From NCBI GenBank assembly GCA_009779935.1, contig WRAX01000011.1, positions 539 through 64,538 on the forward strand: a stretch of 64,000 bases of DNA, written 5' to 3'. This document shows positions 1-9,287 of this stretch, one piece after another. The notes beneath the pieces were generated by a model. The model had not been told where the DNA came from and did no database searches. It saw only the letters and a list, made by a program, of their open reading frames with translations. The position numbers and the translations under genes were made by a program. How positions within the stretch are numbered: the stretch's first letter is position 1; each line of letters opens with the position of its first letter. This stretch comes from Defluviitaleaceae bacterium. GTDB lineage: Bacteria; Bacillota; Clostridia; Lachnospirales; WRAX01.

Positions 1-927
1 AACCCGAATGATTTTCTTATGGAATTCATCAGCGTTGGGTTGGGACAACACATGGTCTTGCAAACTCGCCAGAAATCCATTGCAGGGGTAGCACAACGAG
101 CCAAAGAAGGAGTTTTTCTTGGTGGTGTTGCTCCTTTGGGATACGATGTTATTGACCAGCAGTACATTGTGAATGAACGTGAAGCGGTGGCAGTGCGTCT
201 TATTTTTGACCAGTATGCCGAGGGCAAATCATATAACACCATCATTGATGCCCTTTCTGCACGTGGTTTTAGGGGTAAAAGAGGACAGGTGTTGGGGCGT
301 AGCTCCCTAAATGCCATCTTACAAAACCAACGCTATATTGGCGTGTATTCGTGGAATAAATATCAAATCAAATATATGGGCAAGTGGGCTGGTGGTAAAC
401 TCAACCCAGAAGCAGTCACCATAAAAGACGCAATACCGCCGATTATTGACATGGTTACATGGGAGAGGGTGCAAAACAGGATGAAGGACAATAAGCGAAA
501 AAATGCTACAAATACAGCAAAAGCCACCTACTTACTTTCTGGACTGATAGAGTGTGGTATGTGTGGTGGTAATTTTACGGGCAAAACCAACAAAAGTGGC
601 AAGGGTTACATTACCCGATATTACGCCTGTAGCAATAAATACCGTACAAGAAACTGTGATGCAAAGAATATCAATGCCAACGAGGTTGAAGATAATGTGA
701 TTAAAGGGTTGAGGGATTATTTACAAAACCCCGATTTTGAAGCTATTGCCGATAACGTACTAGAAGCTTTTGAGGGTAGCCGTGGTGGCAAAAATAAGGA
801 GCGAAAAGAATTAGAGCAACTACAAGTCGAGTTACAAAACTGTATCAAGGCAATTCGTGGCGGTTTGGACATTCCAGAGATGCACAATGAGGTACTGTCC
901 ATCCGCACCCGCATTGGTGAGCTATAG
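1..927 (+). CDS. Large serine recombinase, C-terminal recombinase and zinc-ribbon part. The 5' end lies off the window. It ends at an in-frame TAG (925-927), and the same frame stays open to a TGA at 1123-1125.
   Basis: Frame 1 is open from nt 1. It contains GGVAPLGYD and the Cys-rich LIECGMCGG...YYACSNKYRTRNC block typical of large serine recombinases. The peptide after the TAG (IKSYITKIYAHHDEINI) looks like the usual C-terminal tail. Confidence 0.75.
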   Translation, partial: NPNDFLMEFISVGLGQHMVLQTRQKSIAGVAQRAKEGVFLGGVAPLGYDVIDQQYIVNEREAVAVRLIFDQYAEGKSYNTIIDALSARGFRGKRGQVLGRSSLNAILQNQRYIGVYSWNKYQIKYMGKWAGGKLNPEAVTIKDAIPPIIDMVTWERVQNRMKDNKRKNATNTAKATYLLSGLIECGMCGGNFTGKTNKSGKGYITRYYACSNKYRTRNCDAKNINANEVEDNVIKGLRDYLQNPDFEAIADNVLEAFEGSRGGKNKERKELEQLQVELQNCIKAIRGGLDIPEMHNEVLSIRTRIGEL

Positions 928-1106
928 GATATTATTTCATGGTCGGCTGACATAACCATCAGTCGAGAGGATGTAATTAACCAATTGAAAAAAGACGCTG
1001 AAAACCTCGATGATGAGAGTATCAAGTGTCTTATAAAGTCCTACATAACAAAAATTTACGCCCACCATGATGAAATCAACATCACAGGGGGCGTAAACAT
1101 AGGGCA

Positions 1107-1180
1107 TAGCGGGAAAGGGACTTGAACCCCCGACCCTCTGGGTATGAACCAGATGCTCTAGCCAGCTGAGCTATCCCGCC
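1107..1180 (-). tRNA. tRNA-Met (anticodon CAT, elongator type)
   Basis: The reverse complement reads GGCGGGATAGCTCAGCTGGCTAGAGCATCTGGTTCATACCCAGAGGGTCGGGGGTTCAAGTCCCTTTCCCGCTA. It folds as a cloverleaf with anticodon loop TTCATAC. The anticodon stem lacks the three G-C pairs of an initiator tRNA. The T stem and position 72 carry G-U wobbles. Confidence 0.85.
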
Positions 1181-1236
1181 GAATGGTTATAACTAAATTA
1201 TTATAAACTAAGGTTTTGGATTTGTCAAGGATTTTT

Positions 1237-1644
1237 TTAATATCTTGGTGTTAAGCGTTGGTTGTGAATTTGGCGGCATATGCCCATGATGTTTTGCCAG
1301 TGGGTGCAATCTGCGGTGATGGCGGTTTGGATAAAGGAAAGGCGGGAACGGTCCGATAGGCTGGCTTCTAAGCGGGAAAGGTTTGTCATATCCCCGCTGG
1401 CGTAGGCGGCCAGCAAGGCAAGCAGGTTTCTTTCTGATATAATAACGGGGATAAAGGGCTCCAAAACCCACATAAGGCTACCAATTTCCTGCCTTTTGCA
1501 GGGATATGCCATGCCTAAATAAAAATAAAAGCTATCCATATTAATAAAGTGAATATTTTCGGGCATTTGCCCCTTAAAGGGCGCAAGGGCATGGCGCAAA
1601 TCTTGCAAAAAACAGTTAAGGCTTGCTTCTGATATGATTTTCAT
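1237..1644 (-). CDS. Hypothetical protein
   Basis: An ORF with an AAGGAG RBS 5 nt before the ATG at 1644 (MKIISEASL...). No recognisable domain. Confidence 0.5.
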   Translation of the reverse strand: MKIISEASLNCFLQDLRHALAPFKGQMPENIHFINMDSFYFYLGMAYPCKRQEIGSLMWVLEPFIPVIISERNLLALLAAYASGDMTNLSRLEASLSDRSRLSFIQTAITADCTHWQNIMGICRQIHNQRLTPRY

Positions 1645-1777
1645 GGCTTTCTCCTTCAAAAGGGTTATTCTGTATTTTGTGCGGATTTTGAAAATTTATT
1701 TTGGCATGCACAAACTTTTTTCAAAACCTTGCGTATTTAGTGGTATAGGGGAATTAAAATTTGAAGGAGAGATTTAG

Positions 1778-2323
1778 ATGAGTTATGAACCCAATCAAAA
1801 TGGCGTTGATAAAAGCGACTACACAAGGGATAGCCGCACCACGCATGGCTCGCCTGCGCCCCACACGCCCATTTCCTATGGTGGGGCTGTGCCACGCAAA
1901 CCCAGCAAGTTTTTGCTGTTTATCCTTTCCGGTTGCGTGCCGGGGCTTGGGCATATGTACCTTGGTTTGATACGCCGTGGGCTGTTTTATATGGCAGGCA
2001 TTGCCTTGTTGATATTTTTAACGGTGCAGTTGGCAATTGGCGGGCTGGGCATATTTACGGTGTTTACCGGCTTTGGATTGCTTGCCCTATACGCAGTTTC
2101 GTTTTTTGAAAGCTTTGTTATGCGCAGGGATATTGCCGCAGGCAAAGAAGTGGCGGACAGCATGCCCGCATTTGTAACCAGCAAAACATTTTTGGTTGCC
2201 GTTGGTGTAACACTTGCACTAAGCGTACTTGCAAGCATAATTTCTGTGGTACCGTGGCCTTTTTGGGTAATTGCAGGCGTTTTGGCAGTGGTTATAGTAT
2301 CCAGAAAGAAAAAAGGGGCGTAA
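1778..2323 (+). CDS. Membrane protein with a Pro-rich N-terminus and several TM helices
   Basis: A GGAGAG RBS precedes the ATG. Hydrophobic helices follow LSGCVPGLGHMYLG. Confidence 0.6.
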   Translation: MSYEPNQNGVDKSDYTRDSRTTHGSPAPHTPISYGGAVPRKPSKFLLFILSGCVPGLGHMYLGLIRRGLFYMAGIALLIFLTVQLAIGGLGIFTVFTGFGLLALYAVSFFESFVMRRDIAAGKEVADSMPAFVTSKTFLVAVGVTLALSVLASIISVVPWPFWVIAGVLAVVIVSRKKKGA

Positions 2324-2447
2324 CAGCCTTTTTTCTTTTTGTACATCAAAACTTGAAGATTTATTTTATTTTGATCATCTACGCATATCGCACAAATTAA
2401 AAACAGGAATAGCCATTACTTGCGGCATTCCTGTTTTTGTTATTTCC

Positions 2448-2993
2448 CTACTGCTCCATTTGCTTACCAATAAACCCTGCCGCCGTTTGGGCCAACTTGC
2501 TTTCCAGCTCCCCCATCTTCTTGTCGGGGGAAAGGAAAAGTATTGCGCCAAGCACATCCCCTTCCGCCATGATAGGGGTTATCATTTGGTTGTTGTACAC
2601 CTCGGTGGGGTCATCTTCCAGAATAGGCACAAAATTGGGCTCGCTGCGGCTTGCTTGGTGGGTGCTGCGGCTATTTATTGCCTTTTCCAGCGCAGGGCTG
2701 ATGTGTTTTTCCATCAATTCCTTTTTAGCCCCACCGGATACGGCAATTATTTGGTCCTTATCCACAATGCAGGTAATGTGACCGGAGCTGGTTGCCAAAC
2801 TCTCCGTATACTCCTTGGCAAAGTTACCAAGCTCCCCAATAGGCGAGTATTTTTTGAGGATAATTTCGCCCTCTCGGTCTGTGAATATTTCCAGCGGGTC
2901 GCCTTCTCTTATACGCAGGGTGCGACGGATTTCTTTGGGGATAACCACCCGCCCCAAATCATCAATTCTCCTTACAATTCCTGTTGCTTTCAA
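2448..2993 (-). CDS. spoVT: Stage V sporulation protein T (AbrB-family regulator)
   Basis: The N-terminus MKATGIVRRIDDLGRVVIPKEIRRTLRIREGDPLEIF is the SpoVT/AbrB swapped-hairpin domain. It is followed by a GAF-like C-terminal domain, at about SpoVT length. Confidence 0.92.
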   Translation of the reverse strand: MKATGIVRRIDDLGRVVIPKEIRRTLRIREGDPLEIFTDREGEIILKKYSPIGELGNFAKEYTESLATSSGHITCIVDKDQIIAVSGGAKKELMEKHISPALEKAINSRSTHQASRSEPNFVPILEDDPTEVYNNQMITPIMAEGDVLGAILFLSPDKKMGELESKLAQTAAGFIGKQMEQ

Positions 2994-3259
2994 AATAACT
3001 CCTCCTTATATTTAGGAATTACGTTCGCAGAAGAAAGTTTCAAAACCTATTATTTGACAGGTTTTGAATTTTTATGCACATGATGTTAGAAAATTGATTT
3101 TTGGGCAGCGGCTTGTGTTACAGTAGCTGTGTTGGTTGGAGCCAGCAGCCAATAATGGGATGTGCAGATTTTACATTATTTCAACTTCGCCAATTCCAAT
3201 CCATGATTTTTAGCACAAAGCTCACATAGCCCGTGCTTGAATGTTCATGCACAAGAATA

Positions 3260-4672
3260 TCATGGAAATTGTGGTTTCTGAGGTTGCTCGTAATGCCTTT
3301 TGTTTAGTAGGTCAATGTAATCATATACCGACTTTTCTGTAACTTCCAGCCCTATGTCATGCAATAAAGATAATCGCAATAAAAGCTCTAATTTTTGCAT
3401 AGCCAGTTTGTTTTCATCATACTTAAAATAGTCATCCGTCTTAAACAAATGCGAGATAAAATTTCTATGGTTTACAGCCTTACTAATGAAAACATCAAAT
3501 AGTGTCTTGTTGTGAGGTGGTGTATCCGTATTCCGCTCATATTCAAAAATTTTTTTAGTAAGCGGAGTGCGCTCAATAGCAAACAAAAGAATCTTACGCA
3601 GACTCTTTTTGTTGATACGCCCAAGGCTATTTTCAATACTGGTTATAACCTCATTAAATAAAACCTCATCGAAAGAATTTTTAATTTCGTCTGAATTTTT
3701 TATTGCTTCAAGGGCAGTCTTAACGATAAGTCTATTGCGTTTTTTATCATAAATCATCATCTCTTTGTCGTGATGTGTAGTAAAGTAACCCTCCAAGCAT
3801 TGGATAAGCGTAGATGTTTTCACTTCTTCAAACATATCACGGCTATACAGCACATTCAGAAATACAGTAAACACAGGTATGTTTTCCACTCTCATGCTGA
3901 ACCATTTATCGAATTTATCAGAAAAATTATCCATGTTCTCAAGAAACAGACGCCTCTCTATATGGATTGCGCTTTTTTTCGATTGATGTATGCCCTTTGA
4001 GTGTTCAGCATAAATAAACTCATCTTCACCATCGAAAAAACGCATATCTTTGATTTCGGGGAAATATCCAATCCACATAAAATACATTTCGAGGAGTGTG
4101 AAAAAGCAGTCTTTTATTTTTTCAAATGACATAGGGCTCATGGGGGTCAATTCAAACATCGCACCGTTATTTTTTCTTTCGCCATCTTTAATTGACGACC
4201 ATTCCGTTTTGACGCAAATCATGTCCGAGCATATTTTATACTCGCTTCGACCAACGCTATTTCTATACTGATTTTTGGCATCTTCCACGATGCACTTCAT
4301 ATTGATGACATAGCAATCGCTTTTGCTTGAAATGTGCTTACCGATTATTATGCCATTCCACACAATTCGCATTTCTTTCAACGGTGCATTCAAGTGACAT
4401 ATGCTGCACCCGTAGAGAGTAAACGGGATATTGTTCACATCAAAACCGTATACAAAGTCTGCCTCATCTGCATCATATTTTCGCAAATAATGCATATCAA
4501 GCATATCAATATAGCCAGACTTTTCTACATTGAAATCAAACTGCCGTTCTTTTAAGTTGATTGTGAAGTCAATATCAAGCCTTTCAATCGTTTCGCTTCC
4601 AAGCGCAAGTCTGATAAGAGCGATGCCCTGTATTTCCGTTAGATAAACGTAATCCAATTGACCTACAATGAT
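3260..4672 (-). CDS. ApeA-like HEPN-domain protein (candidate defence RNase). The start is uncertain; the maximal ORF runs to 4756.
   Basis: A long, AT-rich ORF with a C-terminal Rx4H motif (AVNHRNFISH) in a helical region. Size and layout resemble ApeA (N-terminal domain plus HEPN). The 5' ORF extension 4690-4756 overlaps a conserved non-coding module. An AGGGGGG RBS lies at 4675-4681. Confidence 0.5.
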   Translation of the reverse strand: MIVGQLDYVYLTEIQGIALIRLALGSETIERLDIDFTINLKERQFDFNVEKSGYIDMLDMHYLRKYDADEADFVYGFDVNNIPFTLYGCSICHLNAPLKEMRIVWNGIIIGKHISSKSDCYVINMKCIVEDAKNQYRNSVGRSEYKICSDMICVKTEWSSIKDGERKNNGAMFELTPMSPMSFEKIKDCFFTLLEMYFMWIGYFPEIKDMRFFDGEDEFIYAEHSKGIHQSKKSAIHIERRLFLENMDNFSDKFDKWFSMRVENIPVFTVFLNVLYSRDMFEEVKTSTLIQCLEGYFTTHHDKEMMIYDKKRNRLIVKTALEAIKNSDEIKNSFDEVLFNEVITSIENSLGRINKKSLRKILLFAIERTPLTKKIFEYERNTDTPPHNKTLFDVFISKAVNHRNFISHLFKTDDYFKYDENKLAMQKLELLLRLSLLHDIGLEVTEKSVYDYIDLLNKRHYEQPQKPQFP

Positions 4673-4689
4673 AACCCCCCTACACGAAA

Positions 4690-4790
4690 AATATTTTTGC
4701 GCAAGTGCTACTCTCGCCGTGGTGCATAAGTGCGCTCTTTTGATTGTATAGACCAAAGTGCGTTATTTGCACCCTTTACAGCTTAGAACT
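4690..4790 (-). repeat. Copy c1 of the conserved upstream module (shorter version)
   Basis: In gene orientation it reads GTAAAGGGTGCAAATAACGCACTTTGG...AAAAGAGCGCACTTATGCAC...GCGCAAAAAT. This aligns with the modules at 42973-43128 and 43955-44109. Confidence 0.7.
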
Positions 4791-4864
4791 TAAGATTTAG
4801 CATCCTCAGAAATGGCGCAAAAGCAGTGCGTGAAGATGTGCATCCGCTTATTGAACACTGGTTC

Positions 4865-5314
4865 TTAATCTTGAAAGGCTGTTCTTCTCCGCATTTCTTC
4901 CATAAATTCTCTAATTTCTTTACGATCCTTCGGCAGTATGGGCTCGTCCATATACACACTGGGTTCGCCCTTTATATCTATGCGCCAATGGTTGCCGTGT
5001 AGGTGAAATGTTCTTATCACCCTTGTTATATGTTGATATTCCAGCTTGCGCTCTTTATTACCCAAAGTTAAGTCGGCATGGGTTTTGTGGATGGTGGCTG
5101 TGGCTGTTGCATCCGTCCAAATGCGCATGGGGATATAGGCACCCAAAAATATGGCAATAAAAAGCAGTATGCCAACAATCGCATTAATTTGGTTATCCGA
5201 AAAGAAATAAAACACAATGGACATTAGGGCAAAGGCGATGGCGATGGCGGGCAGCATTAACGTAACAGTAAGCCAGCTACGGCCGTATTTGAATTTGTGG
5301 ACATTATTATTCAT
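4865..5314 (-). CDS. Small membrane protein (2 TM helices plus a soluble C-terminal domain)
   Basis: The ORF lies immediately after the speE stop and has a GGGGG RBS. It has two hydrophobic helices. Confidence 0.55.
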   Translation of the reverse strand: MNNNVHKFKYGRSWLTVTLMLPAIAIAFALMSIVFYFFSDNQINAIVGILLFIAIFLGAYIPMRIWTDATATATIHKTHADLTLGNKERKLEYQHITRVIRTFHLHGNHWRIDIKGEPSVYMDEPILPKDRKEIREFMEEMRRRTAFQD

Positions 5315-5315
5315 A

Positions 5316-6161
5316 TTAAACCCCCAAAAGCTTCAAAACATGGTTTGGCAGGGCAAATGCCCCTACATGCAGTTTTGTGTTATAATACTGGGTATCCAGC
5401 CCAAAGCTGCTCCATTTATCCGCCTGCATATCACGCACCGGATGTGCGCCTTTGGTTGCAAAACCAAACAGCCAATGCCCACCGGGATAGGTGTGCACAT
5501 TGGCTTGATATGCCAAAGCTATGGGGAAAGCCCCTTTTATCTTGCCGAAAGCCCGCTGCATGGATAGGATATCGTGGGCATAAAATGTGCCGCCCAGCTG
5601 GTTTACCATAATGCCGCTTTCCGTCATGGCATTGTAGCAATTGCCGTAAAATTCCTTGGTAAACAGCCCTTCGCCGGGGCCAAACGGGTCGGTGGAATCT
5701 ACCACGATAAGGTCATACTCATTCTGCTTTTTACGGACGAATTTTAGGCCATCTTCAAAATAAAGGTTAAGGCGGGGGTCATCAAGGCAGCCGGCGGTTT
5801 GGGGCAAAAACTGCCGGCAAGCATCCACCACCATTTTATCAATTTCTACCATATCCATTTGCTTTATGGTGGGGTAGCGTGCCAGCTCCCGCACCATGCC
5901 GCCATCCCCTGCACCAATAATCAAAACTTTTTCTATATTAGGGTTAACCGCCATAGGCACATGGGAAAGCATATCGTGATAAACAAATTCATCCTTTTCC
6001 GTTAGCATGGTAAAACCGTCCAAAATCAGAATACGGCCATATTCCTTGGATTCGTAAATATCCACCCGCTGGTAATCACTTTGCCCGCTAAACAGATGCT
6101 GCTCTAATTTAATATCCAGCCGCACATTTTCTGTGTGTATTTCTGAGAACCATAGTTCCAT
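5316..6161 (-). CDS. speE: Spermidine synthase
   Basis: MELWFSE...YQRVDIYESKEYGRILILDG...VLIIGAGDGGMVREL...DLIVVDSTDP is a full-length SpeE signature. Confidence 0.95.
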   Translation of the reverse strand: MELWFSEIHTENVRLDIKLEQHLFSGQSDYQRVDIYESKEYGRILILDGFTMLTEKDEFVYHDMLSHVPMAVNPNIEKVLIIGAGDGGMVRELARYPTIKQMDMVEIDKMVVDACRQFLPQTAGCLDDPRLNLYFEDGLKFVRKKQNEYDLIVVDSTDPFGPGEGLFTKEFYGNCYNAMTESGIMVNQLGGTFYAHDILSMQRAFGKIKGAFPIALAYQANVHTYPGGHWLFGFATKGAHPVRDMQADKWSSFGLDTQYYNTKLHVGAFALPNHVLKLLGV

Positions 6162-6164
6162 GGT

Positions 6165-6596
6165 TTAACCTCCCGTCACAACTTGTTTTATTATTCCCGA
6201 AACAACTTTACCCGCTATATCCACCATTGCTTTCAAAGTAGTTGCTCCAACCTTTGAAGCAGCGGACTTGGTTTTGTCCCAATTGTCATTAGAGCGTATG
6301 TTGCCCAGAAAGTCGTGCCCTTCTGGCGTGATGTCCCTTATTTTATAATAGTTTGGGCCGATATCATTCTTTACCCAGTCAGCTTTAATAAGCCCGCTTT
6401 CATTCATTTGCAACAAAGAGTAAAGTATGTCTTCTTCTGAATAATCCAGCTTCCCACTTTCTATAATATCCTTAGATATTATTTTTTTGGGCTTACCTGT
6501 AAACGAGCCGTCATCTTTATTGCCCTTTTTCTTCATCACTTGATTTTCTTCAATCCAAATCAAAATGCTTCTAATGCACTCTAAATCAAGTTTCAT
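6165..6596 (-). CDS. DUF2513-like winged-helix protein inserted in the polyamine operon
   Basis: The N-terminus MKLDLECIRSILIWIEEN and the ITPEGHDFL motif resemble DUF2513. The gene is AT-rich relative to its neighbours. Confidence 0.5.
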   Translation of the reverse strand: MKLDLECIRSILIWIEENQVMKKKGNKDDGSFTGKPKKIISKDIIESGKLDYSEEDILYSLLQMNESGLIKADWVKNDIGPNYYKIRDITPEGHDFLGNIRSNDNWDKTKSAASKVGATTLKAMVDIAGKVVSGIIKQVVTGG

Positions 6597-6640
6597 AAGT
6601 GCCCCTTCCCAATAAATAAGCGTTTACCCAACACGCCACA

Positions 6641-8122
6641 TCACTTCAACACCAAAATCTCATTAACATCAGGGTCTTTGGTGCCGCTTATGCTGCAACC
6701 CTTTTCCCTTGCATAAGCAATGTAATCAAGGGCTTCTTTGGTAATGCGCTCGCCGGGGGCAAGTACGGGTATGCCCGGCGGGTAACACATAACAGATTCG
6801 CCGCTTATCGCCCCAAGGCTGTCCGATAATGCTACCGCCCTTTTTTCAGCATAAAAAGCTTCTTGCGGCGTAATTGCCACTTGGGGATGGATATATTCGT
6901 TTGTTGGTGCAGGGCGGGCGGTTGGTTTGCCATGGTTGCGCAACACATCTTTTAGGGACGAGCATAAACGTTCTATGTCCCGCTTAGCATCACCCAGGGA
7001 TATGTAGGCAAGGAAGTTTCCAATGTCCCCGAATTCGATTTGTATTTCATAGTCATCCCGCAGTATATCATAAACTTCAATGCCGGCAAGCCCTATTTTT
7101 AAGGTGTTTACCGACAGTTTGGTGGTATCAAAATCAAAAATACTGTTTTTGTTGATAAGTTCTTTACCAAAGGCGTAATAGCCGCCCATTTGGTTAATTT
7201 CATCACGGGCGTAGGCGGCAAGCTGGCTAACCTTATCAAAGGCTATTTTGCCGTTTAACGCCAAATTGCGGCGGGAAATATCAAGGCTTGCCATTAGCAG
7301 ATATGATGCACTGGTGGTTTGCGTCAAGTTAATAATTTGGCGCACATAGCCCGGATCCGCCCCTTTGCCCATTAGTAAAAGGGAGCTTTGGGTTAACGAC
7401 CCGCCCGATTTGTGCATGCTAACCGCCGCCATATCCGCCCCTGCCGCCATGGCGGACATGGGCAAACCTTCGCCAAAGTAAAAATGCGTGCCATGGGCTT
7501 CATCCACCAACACAAGCATATTGCGGGCATGGGCAAGCCGTACAATACTTTGCAAGTCGCTACAAATGCCGTAATATGTGGGGTTATTAAGAAAAATTGC
7601 TTTGGCATCGGGGTTTTTGTCAATGGCATTTTTAACATCTTCCACTTTCATCCCCAGCGAAATGCCCAAGTTGCTATCCGTGCCCGGGTCAATATAAACA
7701 GGTTGTGCGCCCGACAAAATTAGGGATGTAAGGGCGGATTTATGCACATTGCGGGGCATTAAAATCTTATCCCCCCGTTTAACGGTAGCCAAAATCATAG
7801 CCTGCACAGAGCTTGTTGTGCCGCCAACCATAAAAAAGGCAGCCGCCGCCCCAAAAGCCGCAGCGGCCAATTCCTCCGCTTCTTTTATCACACCGACTGG
7901 ATTGCCTAAAAAATCCAGCGGCAACATGGAATTAACATCAAGCTCCATTGCCCGTTGGCCAAGAAACGCTACCAAATCGGGGTTGCCCTTGCCACGCTTG
8001 TGGCCGGGCACATCAAACGGCACAACCCTATGGGTGCGCAAACGTTCCAAAGCATCCGCAATAGGCACATGCTGTTGGGGCAAGCTTTTCCGGGTCAAGC
8101 TTTGTTGGGGTCTGTTGTTCAA
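6641..8122 (-). CDS. speA: PLP-dependent Orn/Lys/Arg decarboxylase (arginine decarboxylase type)
   Basis: Contains the SMHKSGGSLTQSS PLP-lysine motif. It is full length and lies between speD and speE. Confidence 0.85.
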   Translation of the reverse strand: MNNRPQQSLTRKSLPQQHVPIADALERLRTHRVVPFDVPGHKRGKGNPDLVAFLGQRAMELDVNSMLPLDFLGNPVGVIKEAEELAAAAFGAAAAFFMVGGTTSSVQAMILATVKRGDKILMPRNVHKSALTSLILSGAQPVYIDPGTDSNLGISLGMKVEDVKNAIDKNPDAKAIFLNNPTYYGICSDLQSIVRLAHARNMLVLVDEAHGTHFYFGEGLPMSAMAAGADMAAVSMHKSGGSLTQSSLLLMGKGADPGYVRQIINLTQTTSASYLLMASLDISRRNLALNGKIAFDKVSQLAAYARDEINQMGGYYAFGKELINKNSIFDFDTTKLSVNTLKIGLAGIEVYDILRDDYEIQIEFGDIGNFLAYISLGDAKRDIERLCSSLKDVLRNHGKPTARPAPTNEYIHPQVAITPQEAFYAEKRAVALSDSLGAISGESVMCYPPGIPVLAPGERITKEALDYIAYAREKGCSISGTKDPDVNEILVLK

Positions 8123-8139
8123 TAGGTCTGCCCCCTTTG

Positions 8140-8922
8140 TTAGAATATATTTACGCCGCTAAAAATCTCTATCATCTCGTTACGGATATTGTTAATAATC
8201 TCCAACCGCTTGCGTGGGGCAAGCTCGTACACATCATGGTTGAATAAGTATTCTTGCAAATCCACATCATTAAGCATCATCTTGGTGTGGAACAGGTTGT
8301 ATTGATACACATTCATATCAATAGCATCGTATTTTGCAAGGGTTGCGGGCTCGATATAATCCTGTATACTGGTCAACTTCTCATCAATAAAAATCTTGTT
8401 GCCGTCCACATCCCGGGTAAAACCCCGCACACGGTAGTCCATGGTAATAATATCCGAATCAAAGCTGTTTATAAGGTAATTTAAGGTGGACAAGGGGGTT
8501 ATCTGCCCGCAGGTGGATACATCAATATCCACCCTAAATGTGGCTATATTAGTCTCCGGATGAAATTCTGGATAAGTATGCACCGTAACATGGCTTTTAT
8601 CAAGATGTGCTAAAACAGTTTCCTTTTCCACAAGCCCGGCAGGTTTCTTTATCTCCTCTTCCGCAATTAAAATAGTTACGGATGCGCCCTGCGGCTCATA
8701 ATCCTGCTTGGCAATGGATAGCACATGCGCCCCTATCATCTCGGTAACAGTGCATAAAATCTCCGTCAAACGGTCGGCATTATATTCTTCGTCAATATAC
8801 GCAATATAATCCTCTTGCTCCCGGGGGCTGCCCGCATAACAAATGTCGTAAATATTAAAACTTAATGATTTGGTAAGGTTGTTAAAACCATGCAATTTAA
8901 GCTTATCCGACACCATCATCAC
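8140..8922 (-). CDS. speD: S-adenosylmethionine decarboxylase proenzyme (long, E. coli type)
   Basis: [24 protein letters not shown]...[18 protein letters not shown]...[17 protein letters not shown] closely matches E. coli SpeD. Confidence 0.93.
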   Translation of the reverse strand: MMMVSDKLKLHGFNNLTKSLSFNIYDICYAGSPREQEDYIAYIDEEYNADRLTEILCTVTEMIGAHVLSIAKQDYEPQGASVTILIAEEEIKKPAGLVEKETVLAHLDKSHVTVHTYPEFHPETNIATFRVDIDVSTCGQITPLSTLNYLINSFDSDIITMDYRVRGFTRDVDGNKIFIDEKLTSIQDYIEPATLAKYDAIDMNVYQYNLFHTKMMLNDVDLQEYLFNHDVYELAPRKRLEIINNIRNEMIEIFSGVNIF

Positions 8923-8937
8923 CTCTTGCTGTATTAT

Positions 8938-8978
8938 TCAAAAGAAAAGCCCCACGCCTGTACTTCAGGCTTGGGGCC
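8938..8978 (-). terminator. Rho-independent terminator (minus strand)
   Basis: The minus strand reads GGCCCCAAGCCTGAAGTACAGGCGTGGGGC followed by TTTTCTTTT. Confidence 0.7.
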
Positions 8979-9071
8979 ATTCGCTATTTTATTGTAGCGT
9001 AGCTGCGGGGTTTTGTCAAGTGTTTTTTCATCACCCAACGCATGGGTAAAATATGTATCTTAAATCTGCTA

Positions 9072-9287
9072 TCATCTAAACCCTTCTTGAATCATACGCT
9101 CTTGCGCTCTTCTCGCCAACTCGTCTTGCGCAACAGTTTCCAAAAACTTTGGAAACGCCATCTCCAACTTGCCTGCAATTGGTTTCAAGCCATCTACCTG
9201 CTGTTGCACCATTACTTTGCCGCTTTCGGGAATCACAACTAAAATCTTCTCGTAAAAGAAAAAATCTTCTTTATATAGCGAACGCAC
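9072..9287 (-). CDS. Hypothetical small protein. The frame continues upstream across an in-frame TAG to an ATG at 9365.
   Basis: An ORF with a GTG start that lies inside an 11 bp inverted repeat. See findings. Confidence 0.35.
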   Translation of the reverse strand: MRSLYKEDFFFYEKILVVIPESGKVMVQQQVDGLKPIAGKLEMAFPKFLETVAQDELARRAQERMIQEGFR

